DNA from: Callorhinchus milii | Lineage: Eukaryota | Length of the DNA: 64,000 nt | Assembly: GCF_018977255.1 (NCBI RefSeq) | Contig: NW_024704751.1 | Span: 16,554,001-16,618,000, forward strand | Reading direction: 5' to 3' | Shown here: one piece after another, positions 27,948-40,188 of the stretch | Position numbering within the stretch: the stretch's first letter is position 1 | Layout: each line of letters opens with the position of its first letter | Made by a program: the position numbers and the translations under genes | Notes under the pieces: generated by a model | Databases searched by the model: none | Seen by the model: only the letters and a program-made list of their open reading frames with translations | What the model was told of the DNA's origin: nothing

Positions 27948-30075
27948 AATTACACATGGAGCAGTGGTGCTCCGGAGGAGTCCGTCTCCGTGTCCTGAAG
28001 AGACTCATCTTTAGGAGAGCGCGATCCTAGAAAACAACAGGACCAGCATCAAGTCAGATACCACACAACATGCCCCCGCCACAGCTCCTAGTCCTGTGAG
28101 AAGCTTCCCCCCACCTCACCTCCGCCCCCACCCTGTAGCAATTCTGTTATTACCTACCCTCTCTGCCCTCCACTCTCCCGGATCCTAAACCTCCTCCCAC
28201 CGCTCGGGTCCTAATTCCTAATCCTGACTGTTCAGTGCCTTGGGACATGAAAGGCGCTTTACAAATGTAATTTTGTATTGTACCTCTAAGAGTCTGTGGC
28301 ATGTTCCGCACTATAACGTCCAACGAGTCCTCCACCGAGATCTTCAGAGTCAGGTCTACCTCAAAGAGACAAACTGATTACAACAACACCCCACTCTCCC
28401 CTCCCCTTTCCCCCCCCTCCCCCATTGCATCAAGCATATCTCTATTCTGAGGCTGAGTCCAATCATTCATTTCTAAGGGAATTAGATGAATGTTACAAGG
28501 GTGTGAGGGAAGCGATCGGGGAGTGGGACTGGTCTCAGTAGCTCATATAGAGGAAAGGATATTCTGTGAAGCCCTTTGAGATGTCTCAACCGCACGATAA
28601 GGCGCTATATGGGGAGTATATGAGTCCCGCCTCAAAACCCTCCTCTTTGACCATGCCATCGGTCACCCCCTGCCCCTCCTCTCCCTTCTGCCCCCTGACC
28701 CCAGCTCAGGTCTGAAATGCTGTGCAGTGTCCAGCGCCTTGGGACATCCTCCCGACATGAAAGGCGTTATACAAATGTAATCTTGTTGTTGTAAGCAGAT
28801 CGGGGAGGTAGGGAGGTGAAAGGGCGTGAAGGCATATCTAATGTAAGGATTAGTATTATTTTTATAAAGCATTAGCACAGACGGGATTAACCAAATGGCC
28901 CAGTTATGTGCTGCAGCACTCTGAGGTTTAGTGACTACACCAGGAGTCAGCCCACTGACTGGTGAAATATTTAGTGCAGGAAGAAGGGACAGACTCACCA
29001 TCTGTGCTATTGTGGAACTCGCTGATCTGGGTTTTCAGGTCGGAGTGGTGGGAGCGGCTTTGACCTCGATCACTTCTGGTTCCAGGACCTTGGGTTTCTT
29101 CTTGGCTTTGCGTGTGCTGATGCGGACAATGCCAGTTACAATGCGGCACTCGGCCACTTTCTCGTCGATCTTGTAGTCCTTGGTGATGCTGTCGATCAGC
29201 TCGGTTATCTCGCTGCTCTTACTGATGAAGGTGGTGTCGGAGGTGCACTGAGCCAACATGTTTATCTGGTGCATACTGAAGAGCTCCAGCAGCTTCTTAT
29301 TAATGTAATCATCCAGCTCGGCGCTGGACATCGAGACGTTCAGAGTATTATTCTCTAGGTCCTCGTCGAAATAGGAGGGGAACTCGTCTGAGGCGAGCTT
29401 GTCACAGGAGGGGAGTGTGCTCACGGGGCTCTCCGACTTCCCAGAGATACACGTAGTCGCGTCCTTATGGCAGGAGTCTGTGGACCTGCTCCCCACACGC
29501 CACGGAATCTGTTGCCCCCGAAACTTCACGTCATAATAATTGAAGCTGCTGCCTCCCAGGTTGGGTTTGTTTTGGCTGGGTGCCGGGTTTAGGGGGATTC
29601 CACATGTGGGGTTCGTATACCTGGGTCCGTGGTTTTCAACGTGCTTCCCGTCAGTGGAAGATTCTGAGCTCTCGATGCAAGGAACATAATCCCCTCTGCA
29701 GACCCCACACGTCACCACGCAGCACACAGCAGCTCTCAGTGTCTGCCACATGGAGCAGACGCGGGACACACACCCGCCACAACCATCGAGGTGCTCCGAG
29801 CTGCCCGCCGTGCCCGGGATAAACCCAATGTTCTCCGAGTTATTCCCATTGGAATCTCTGGCATCTGCTTTGTAGCTGCGAGATTTCCCAATGGCTCCTC
29901 TGTCCGGTCGCCTGAAGGGTTTTTTCACTGCTCGGTGAATCTCTGGGGTTGTCCTATCGTAAGCTTCCAAACTCAGGGACTCGACGGAGCCGGGGGAAAG
30001 CGCTGAACGGCCCAAACCATCTGTCAAATGGTGTCCATATTGCCCTGGTGTGGCTCGCCTCCCAGTTCCAGCCAT
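27948..30075 (-). CDS. KDF1: Keratinocyte differentiation factor 1, 3 coding exons; as assembled, interrupted by TGA at 29035-29037
   Basis: Main exon 28999-30098 (ATG 30075) with INKKLLELFS.HQI..LAQCTSDT.F..KSSEITELI.SITKDY and V.GIVRISTRK. Exon 28284-28355 encodes DLTLKISVEDSLDVIVRN. Last exon of about 27948-28026 encodes TDSSGAPLLHV*, matching the recalled human C-terminus. Confidence 0.9.
28150..28281 (+). mobile_element. Short L2-type 3' tail fragment inserted at the KDF1 exon donor
   Basis: cagtgccttgggacatgaaaggcgctttacaaatgtaattttgt matches the 3' end of the L2 at 60350-60430. Confidence 0.75.
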
Positions 30076-33000
30076 GGCTCAGTCATTGAGTAAAGGGCCT
30101 GGTGGGAGAGAGCAAATATTCATAGTATCCACAATTATTAGTAGCCATCNAAAAAATCCCTCCCCTAAAAAATAATAATTATTTGTCTCTCAATCCATGA
30201 CTGTTTGCTGTGCACAATTGGCCGCCACGTTTCACTCACAAAATATAGTCACTTCATTTTACAATATATTCTGTGAAGCGCTTTGAGATGCCTCAACAAC
30301 GGCACTGTATAAAAAAGAGGGTTATTATGGAAGTTGATATTCATCCCAATGGTCACTATCTCTCCCCACCCGCTGCCCCCAACTGCTCTGGCTTCACCAG
30401 CACCCAGGTAGATAAGTTACCGGGGACAGGATTTGTCCCACCCGGTCACTATACAAGACAACCAACAGGAAGGTTGCAGAAAGCTAACCAGCATCTTGCA
30501 CTTTGGGTTCCTAATACTTTGGCTTCTACCAATGCTGCACCTGTGGATGTTGAAGCCCAGGCAAGCAGGGCGTGTGTTACTGCATGCACGCGTGTGTGTA
30601 TACACACATGAAATTTCCTAACTCCATGCGACCAGAACAGAATTGTACACTCCAGAACTGAAGCACAGATGCTCCACACTCTCTGCAGGTGGAACAGGCG
30701 AGAGTGGGTCCCACATCTCACCCCCTGGCAGGGTTAGGCTGGGCTCTGCCTTGAGATACCAACACAGTAGCCTCTCTGACTGTCACAAGAAAACAGGAAG
30801 TCACAGGGTGCTTATAAAATACATGAACACAGTCATTTATTGTTTGTGTATTCTATAACTGGAAGCTGACAGAGAGAGGGCTCACTGTACATTGTTCCAT
30901 TAGCTAGAACATGGACAAGATTTCCACACAACACTGACACATCAAACTCCATATCCTCCTTTCTCCTTCCTTAAACGTAATGCCTTCACAGAGCAGTTCA
31001 GTGCTGCTGGGTGGCACAGAACGACTACTCACTACTACTGATAAACACCCTGAGGTCAGTAACAATTTAGGGAGTTTCTGAATCAAGAAAGCAAACTTAG
31101 TTTGGAGTCAAAGGAATGAGTAACACACACACACACACTCACACAGTGACAGTAAAACACACTTAAATGATGCCGAACCAATGACTAGGTTTGTACTCAG
31201 ACCCCATAGCTGGGGGCCCTGTTATCGGCCCCTGTTCCCTGCCACCCTAGCCCCAGCCCTGGGAGGCTGAGAGATGCCAAGTTCTATTGCTCAAAAAATA
31301 AATGGCCACAACGACAGTGCTGTGTACAAAGGGAGTGTGAGGCATGAATCACATGTTGGATTTTATCTGGTCCCAATGCAGTGCTCCACTACTCTACCAA
31401 CAACAACAAATTGCTTTTATGCAGCGCCTTTCACATCAGGAGGACATCTCAAGACACTGGACAGTGAAGGCTTTGCACCTGAATTGGGGTTGGAATCAAG
31501 GGGAGTGGAGGGCAATGGGGATGGGGGTGGAAAGAAGGCACGAGGGAAGATGGTCGAAGAGGAAGATCTTGAGACGGGCCTTGAAGGAGGCAACAAAGAG
31601 GGCAAAAATGGTGGTGGCAAAAAGGCCAATGGTGGAGTGAGCAGGGCAGGAACATGGAGCAGGCCAATACCTGTCAAGCCAATGGGGACGGGCAAGGATG
31701 GGATGATTGGCTCACTGAGGTTAGTGTGGGAGATGACACGAGCTGCAGATTTCTGAAATAATCTGCGGCGGGAAGAGTTGGGAAGTTCGGCAAGCAGGTA
31801 GTTTGCAAGACCTGCATGACGGCCTCAGTAGCCTGAGGGGCGAGGTAGTGGCGGAGACGAGTGATAAAGCTGATGCCTCTTGAATCGGAGCCGATCTGAT
31901 ACACGCAGGAGAAACAAAGAAATAGAAACAAAGAAACCTACATCGCAGAAGGAGGCCATTTGGTCCATCAAATCTGCACTGGATCACAGAACCAAGATTG
32001 TTTTAGTCCCACTGCTCTGCCTTATCCCCATTACTGCCACTCTGCTCCCACCCTCTGGAACTCGATCCCTCAGTCGCTCCATCTCGCCCCCTCCTTCGCC
32101 ACCTTCAAGACCCATCTCAAGACCCTCCTCTTCGACTGTGTTTTTGATCTCTCTGCTTCCCCCCCGCCCACCCCAACCCTTAGCTCAGGTCCGCAACTCT
32201 GTCCAGCGCCTTGGGACGTACTCCTGACGTGAAAGGTGCTATATAAATATAATTTTGTTGTTGTTGAAACCCCTCTCTATCATAAGTCTGTCTACTGCCC
32301 TCTTGAAAACTACAATGGTCTCCGCCTTCACTCTCTCACCCAACTCGGGGGTATGTTCCACTCCCCAACTACTCTCCAGGTGAAAACATTCCTCCTAAAT
32401 TCTCCTTTCACTATTCTTGTGACTATGTTGTGACTGTGTCTCCTAGTCACTGACTCCCCTATCAATGGAAATAACTCTCCCTATTTACCCTAGCAAAACC
32501 CATCATATTTGTGCCCACCTCTATCAGGTATCCCCTCCCCACTCAACTTTCTCTTCTTTAATAAAAAGTTGTGTGCATCCTCTCCGTGTGCTTTGTGATT
32601 CAAACCCAAATCTGAGAGCATTATTGCACCCCCTCCCAATGGGAGAAAATATTTCCACTGATCAGTGAGTCAGTAACTGACCCTAGATAACATGCAAAGG
32701 AAAGTTACTAGGATGATACAGAGAAAAGTGGTTTAACCTCAACCTGTCTAATCTATGAGCAGAGACTGGAGGAAGTGGGTCTATCTTCACTGGAACAGAG
32801 TTTAAGTTAATTAACAAAGAAGCAAAGAGGGGGATTTGGAGGTTTTTTTTTACAACAGGATGTGGGTGCAGTGGTCAAGGCAGGAACCATAATAATAATC
32901 CTTGTATTTGATATAGTGCCTTATCACATCTTTGAGATGTTTGCTTCATAGAATATACTGTAAAGTGAATTGACTGTATATTTTGTGGGCGAAACGTGGC

Positions 33001-35603
33001 GGCCAATTGTGCATGGCAGAATCTCACAAACAGTCGTGGACTGAGTGACAAAATTATTATTTTTTTTAAATTTGAAGCAGGATTATTACCCCCAATCGAC
33101 TAACCACCGGGTTCCTACTTACCGCTAGATAAACAGAGGCTTGTGGAGTAAGGAAACTCGCCTAATGTTTCGCCCTACCTGGGATTCGAAACCCAGGTCC
33201 TCTTGCTTGCGAGCCAAGTGTTCTAACCAATATACCACAGGACTCCACAAATAACAAGCTTTCGAGGAGGAACAAAAACGGACTTTTACACATTCCTCGT
33301 CCCCTCTGCTCCACTATCAGTGGTCGTAATTTCACCCACTACAGCCTAAACTCTGGAACTCTGCCTCAATCTCTCTGCATTCCCCCTCCTTGCCCGTCTT
33401 CAAATCGCACCTGAAGACTTTCCTTTTCGTCCGTGCTGACTGTCACCTCCCCATTCTCCCCGGCCCAGCTTCAGGCTCCGCCACTCTGAATCACTTTGAG
33501 ATCCCATCTGTCTAAAGAGTGCTATATAAATGCAAGTTGTTGTTGTGGTAGAAATATATCCAAAAAGAAGTAATTTGTAAGGATTTCGGGAAAAGGCAAA
33601 TTAAATGGGCCGAATTATTTCCTCTTTCAAACAGCAACAGACACAGTAGACCGAATGCCTTCTGTGCTCTGAATTTGTATGGTTCTCTGAATCTATAGCT
33701 CTGGATGTAAATATTTTAGAATTCCAGTCGAACACCCACCTGCACAGAGACTGAGCGAAGAAAATCCCAAAGTTCTGCCAGACAGGAAAACAATTTCACA
33801 GAGAGAGAGAGAGAGAGAGAGTGGAGTTTCTAGTCAATGCTACTTCAGCTCCATTTCCAGCTACAAAAATCAAGCTAACCCCTTTCTCACAGAACCGGTT
33901 TTTAATGACTAAGATATTTCTGCAGCTTGTGCACAGCCCGGAGCAGAGAAAAACTGCCCAGCATTGCTTCACCAACATATTGGGGGTTGGGATCAGGAGG
34001 GATGGAGAGCAGGGAGCGTGGAGGCACAGGAGGGTGAAGAGGACCATCTTGAGACGGGCCTTGAAGGAGCCCACGCAGGGAGAGAGGCGAAGGAACTGTG
34101 GAAGGAGCCCCAAAGACCTGACTCACCCTGTCCTGGTTCGCCCGATAATGTCCAGCACAGACCCACCTCCCAGTCTGACCCAAAGTATTAAACTTGTTAA
34201 TATGGGTTCGTTTTGAAGAGGGCAAAATTCTAGATGGTGTAGGTTCCAGGTCCAATGGTTAAAACAAGAATGATCTGTACCAAAACCCACAAACTTGAAG
34301 CAATTGGTGATCAGCAACACAAACAACTTGCACTCGCCCTCCACGCGGGGTAGTGTCTCAGAGCACTTGTTGATATGGCTTCTCTGGTGCTGACAGTATC
34401 AGTACCAGTATGATACCAGTGCCACCTTGAAGGAGAGCACAAGCCTGGGCAGGTGACCAAAAAAGCACTTGAACTGGGTCAGAGACATGCAGTTGGAACA
34501 CAACACCACCACCACATTACATTTGTATCGGGCCTTTCACATCGGGAGGTCGTCCCAAGGCACTGGACAGTCAGGAATTTGGACCTGAGCTGGGGGTTGG
34601 GATCACAAGAGTTGAAGGGCGGGGTGGTTAAGGGTGGGAGGGTGACCGAAAGGAACGGCCAAAGAGGAGGGCCTTGAGACAGGCCTTGAAGGAGGCAAGA
34701 GAGGGAGCGAGGCGAAGAGACATTGGGATGGAGCTCCAAAGAGAGAAGTTGCCGATTTTGGAGTGGGACGGGCGGGGTGGGGGGGGGGTTGAGAGGTCGT
34801 GGAGCAGGCCCGAGCCCACTCAGCGGAGGGAGAACACAAATATACAGTCAATTTACTTTACAGCATATTCTGTGAAGCTCCTGGAGGCGTCCAGAAGATG
34901 TGAAAAAGCGCTCTATCAAATGCAAGGATTATTATTATTATTATTACTATTGACACCCGGTGAAAAGGGGAGCAGAGGTTTGTAAATTGCTGCGACTGTC
35001 TGGCGGTTTGATCGTTCCAGCGGGTACTATCGCCAGTCGGACTCTCTCGCGTGCTCTCACATCATCCTCATGATTTCAAGGTCTGAAAGTCAACCAGCCT
35101 CTGATTTTTTTTTCCCCTCCACCGCAACAAGGGAACGGAGCGAGCCTGGAATACCGGGCCCACCCCCCCCACCCCAACCCCCCCCCCCCCCCGATTGGGG
35201 ACCGGATACGTTCCGCAGATTGAAAACGGATTGCGCGGAAAGGGACTTAAGCTTTGGTGGTCTGAGCGGTCAACTGACGACTGACAGGACAAAGCTTCCC
35301 GGCTGAGAGGTGCCACAGGTGAGATGTCAAACAGATTAGACTGAGCAGATACAGGAAGCAGCAAAGCGCCCGTATTACTGGGGCCACAGAGAAAAGGAAA
35401 GGGGGTTAAACTCTGGAGATAAACGCACATACCCCTGGGGGGTGGTATGGGGGGGGGGGAGAGACACAGTCAGGGGACAACACTGACCCCCCCCCACCCC
35501 AAAGGCGAGTTAATGGTTTGATTGATTAGAAGAGGATGTTCTGAGCTTTCCCAACAATATCACAAGGTGACTAACCGCTGATTAACAACAACTGGCATTA
35601 GCC

Positions 35604-36730
35604 GGACACACTGCCCCCCACACACTGCCCCACGCGCACACACACCCCCCCACACACTGCCCCACACACACACCCCCACACACCGCCCCACACACACACA
35701 CTGCCCCACACACACACCCCCCCACACACACACTGCCCCCCACACACACCCCCACACACACTGCCCCCCACACACACACTGCCCCCCACACACACACTGC
35801 CCCCCCACACACTGCCCCCCACACACACACTGCCCCACACACACCCAGACACCACCCACACACACACACACCCCCACACACACACTGCCCCACACACACA
35901 CACGCCCCCACACACTGCCCCTCACACACACACTGCCCCCCCACACACTGCCCCCCACACACACCCCCACACACACTGCCCCCACACACACACCCCCCCA
36001 CACACACACCCCCACACACACCCAGACACCACCCCCTCCCACACACACCCCCACACACACTGCCCCCCACACACACACCCTCACACACACACTGCCCCCC
36101 ACACACACACCCAGACACCACCCCCTCACACACACACTGCCCCCACACACACCCAGACACCACCCCTCACACACACACTGCCCCACACACACACCCCCAC
36201 ACACACACACACCCACACACACCCTCACACACACTGCCCCACACACACACACCCCCACACACCCAGACACCACCCCCTCACACACACCCCCTCCCACACA
36301 CACACACACTCCCCCACACACCCACTCCCACATCCTCCCACACACAGACTCCCCCCCACACACACACACCCTCCCCCTCCTACACACTCCCCCAAACACC
36401 CACTCCCACACACACACACACTCCCCACACACCACCCCTCCCACACTCCCCCACCACACACCCCCACACACCACCCCCCACACACACCACCCCACACACA
36501 CCCCCACACACTGCCCCCACACATCCTCCCACACACACTCCCACACACACACACTCCCCCTCCCACACACTCCCCCACACACACACTCCTCCCACACACA
36601 CACTCCCCCACACACACACACACACTCCCCCACACACACACACCCCACACACCACCCCCCGCCCACACACACCCCCCACACACCCCCTCCCACACACACA
36701 CACACACAGACCCCCCCCCCCCCCCCCCCC
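35604..36730. repeat. Degenerate (CA)n/C-run satellite (CACACACTGCCCC-like units)
   Basis: Low-complexity tandem sequence; source of the spurious Val/Cys/Gly ORFs. Confidence 0.95.
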
Positions 36731-36929
36731 CGGCCACCGAGAAAACTACTCTTTGTCAAAAACTTTCCCCCTTATAACTCATATAACGAATTGAAATAAA
36801 AAAAGTTGAGGGTGTGGGGGAGAGGTTCAAACAACAGCCGGTGACCCCCCCACACCCCCCCCCCCTCCCCCCCCACACCACACCCCCCCCTCCCCCCCCC
36901 CCCCCCCCCCCACACACACCCCCCCACAG

Positions 36930-37250
36930 TGACTGAGCCGCGGGAGGCGCCGGGACTGAGGCCGAGACTTACGGTCCTGACGGTCTGAGCGGCGTCTGGA
37001 CCCCGGGGGTGACCCCCCCCACAGCCTCCGGGGGCGGGTGGGGGGGTGGGGGGGTGTGGGGGGTGTGTGCGGCTCCGCTCCGCGGCCGCTTTACCTGCGC
37101 CAGGTGAGCGCTGACGTCACGCGGGAGCGAAAGGAGAGCGAATCGCGGAGACTCGCGATCCCCCCCTTTGGGCTAAACAGCGCCCACTCACCTGTCTCTG
37201 TCAACTGGGGGCGGGGGGGGGGGTGACATCTTCCAACCCACACCTGACCC
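36930..37250. promoter_or_regulatory. CpG island between divergent KDF1 and TRNP1; probable KDF1 promoter and non-coding first exon
   Basis: CpG-dense. Full CRE TGACGTCA at 37112-37119; E-boxes at 37101, 37189, 37241; minus-strand donor-like GTAAGT (36972), GTAAAG (37094), GTGAGT (37191). Confidence 0.55.
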
Positions 37251-38213
37251 CCCCCCACTCCCCCCCCCACACACACACACACACACAGACACAACAACAA
37301 CAACAACAACAAATTAGAGGGCGCCTTTCATGTCCGGAGGGCGTCCCGAGGCGCTGGACGCTCAGCGGCGGTTTGGCCCCCGACCCGGCGGCTTGGGAAT
37401 CAGGAGGGGGTGGCGGGCGAGGGAGGGTGAAGGATGGGGGGCAAAGGGGGTGAAGGGGGCAAAGGGGGAGGGCGATCGGAGGGGCAGTCGACAGGAGGGT
37501 CTTGAGACGTACCCGAAGGGAGGCAAGGGAGGGGGTGGGGGAGCGGTGGGGGGTGGGGGAGGCGGTGGGGGTGGAGGGGGTTGGGGAGGCGGTGGTGGGG
37601 GGGGGGGTGGGGGAGGGGAGGGGGTGGGGGAGGCGGTGGGGGGGGGAGGGGGTGGGGGAGGCGGTGGGGGGGGGAGGTGGTGGGGGGTGGGGGCGAGACG
37701 GAGGGACTGCGGGATGGAGTTCCAAAGGGTGGGGGGTCGGGGCCGCGGAGAGGCTGAAGGCCATAAAACAACGACGGCACCAGCTCCCAGGTCCCGCCAT
37801 GGCTCGGCCGTGAGTAAATTATTATTATTATTATTATTATAAAGGACCTGGAGAGAGAGCGAGAGAGAGAGAGAGCAAACACCCACAGCGGCCGCAATTA
37901 TTAGTAGCTACAAAAAAATCCCTCCTCCCCCCCCCCACCTCATAAATAATAATAATTATAATAATAACGATAATAATTTGGTCGCTCACTGCATGAATGT
38001 TCGTGGGACGCTGCTGTGCGCGATCGGCTGTCGTTATTTGCGCACCAAATATGCACAGTCACTTCACTTTACAGCATATTCCGCGAAGCGCTTTGACATG
38101 TCTCCAGGACGTGATAAGGCGCGATATCCGGTGCAAGGATTAGTATTATTATTATTATTATTATTATTCACAACAACAATAATAATCTTTATTCTGGATA
38201 CAGCGCTGAGCAT

Positions 38214-38246
<33 letters not shown>

Positions 38247-39930
38247 CGAGTACGTTTGTATAGCGCCTGAATAATACGAACCTTAACAATAATAATAATA
38301 ATAAAATTCCTTGCATTTGATATAGCACCTTATCACCTTCGAGACGTCTCAAAGCGCTTCACAGAATATCCTGTAAAGCGTAGTAGACTGTTTTATTATT
38401 TTGAAACAGTTTCGTCGGTGGGAAAGTTGCCATTGTCGGGGCTCTGCGGATGATGATGATGATTATTATAATGATAATAATTATTATTATCTCCACAGGC
38501 CATTCCCGCAGTGAGCATGACCGCTGGGGGTGGGTTTGCGGCCTCTCGCTTTCCATGCTCCAATGTCAGCCTTCCCACTGGTGCCCGCCTCCCCCTCCCA
38601 CCCCCACCCCCCCCCCCACACACACACACACACACTGCCCATATCCTATGCTCTAATCGTCCCTGAGTTCTGCTGTTATGTTACCCACTAAAATCGGGGG
38701 CGAGAGGGAATCTGATGTCCAGCAGCAGACAGTCAGCCCCCGTTTTATCGGGAACGAAATTGCCACTCTCAAGGCTCGGAAGATGTGGTTTTGAGATCTA
38801 AAGTAAAGACAACACAAGTTTCACCCCATGTGCCCACCCGCACACTCGCCCTTCAGGGTTACGTACTTGGTTCAGATAATCTCAGTCTCCTTTAGGTTCA
38901 TGATCCCCCAGCTGCTTTATTTTGGTCAGCTGGACGTCTGACACCCGCAGTATCCAAACCAAGCTGAGATTTCCAGGCATCCCACCTACACATGGAAATT
39001 CCAGAGATAGATTGTTCAAGTAAAATGCGCACTCTCTCTCTGGAGGGACGCATACCGCTTACCTAATTCCAGAAAGTATTAGGCGCAGTTGCATCTTCAA
39101 AAAGACATGCGAGTCTTTCTCCCGGTAAATTAATATTTAGGTTTTATATGCCCAATCTCAGCCGAATGAATTTACTCCCCAGTTCTATTTAAATGTTTAC
39201 TCATCTCTGTCACGGTCACCGACATAGATGAACTGCTGCATTTGCCAACCTAACAGTCACTTCATTTTTAATCAACCGTATTTTGTGAAGTGCTTTGTAT
39301 TATTTGGCGTGAACTGTGCTGAATCAATTTCAATTGTTGTTTTCTTTGTGAAGAGCATTGAAAGGCGCTGTACGGTTATGAATGTCGGTTGTTATTGTTA
39401 TTGTTGTACAATCTGGCTGGCAGTGGCCCAGATTGCTTCGAATCTCTCCTACAGTAATGACCCACCACATAACTCGCTGCCTGCAAACAACACTGGAATA
39501 TTAAGTATCTCTGCAGCTTAAACAGCCTCTGCCTGCACAGTCCACACACAAACCCAGTGAAGCTCACCATTTGCTAAGTGGGTTTGGAATTTTGGTTGTT
39601 AATTCTAACAGTAATAATAATCCTTGCATGTGATAATAGCGCCTTATCATATTTTTGAGACTTCTCAAAGCGTTTCACAGAATATACTGTAAAGCGAACT
39701 GACTTGTATATTTTGAGGGTGAAATTAATTTTCATTAATTCCATTACACAAGTCAAAACCTTGATGATTTCTGTGAACAAAGTGCAGTTTTTGTCATTGC
39801 GGTGGTGCCTGAAGGTTAAAATGTATGTGAGGATGGAGCTGGGATGAAGGTGACTGATGGGGACCTGGGAATTGGTGAGCTCAGAGTTGCTATTGGCAAC
39901 GGAGAACTTGAGCCAGGAATAAACCAGGCG

Positions 39931-39962
<32 letters not shown>

Positions 39963-40188
39963 GTATGTGGGGTGGGGGCGGATGGGAGCTTTAGGAACTT
40001 ACAGCCACAGCTGTACGACCCAGGGGAAGGAGGGGCTTGTGCAAAAAGCAGCACATCTGACAGGTCTGAAGCCAATCGTAGGAAATGCGGTGTGGATGAT
40101 GATGATGATGATGATGGGTGTATAACGCTGGCCCGATGCTTCCAGAAGAAGCAGCAGCTGGGCAGCACCAAGCACACGGCACAGAGAG

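Noticed and set aside
29035-29037. Selenocysteine recoding of the KDF1 TGA
   Set aside because: No SECIS recognised, KDF1 is not a known selenoprotein, and homology favours the shifted frame.
35560-36759. Cys/Val/Gly-rich ORFs resembling keratin-associated proteins near KDF1
   Set aside because: Translation of a (TG)n/G-run satellite, open in multiple frames.
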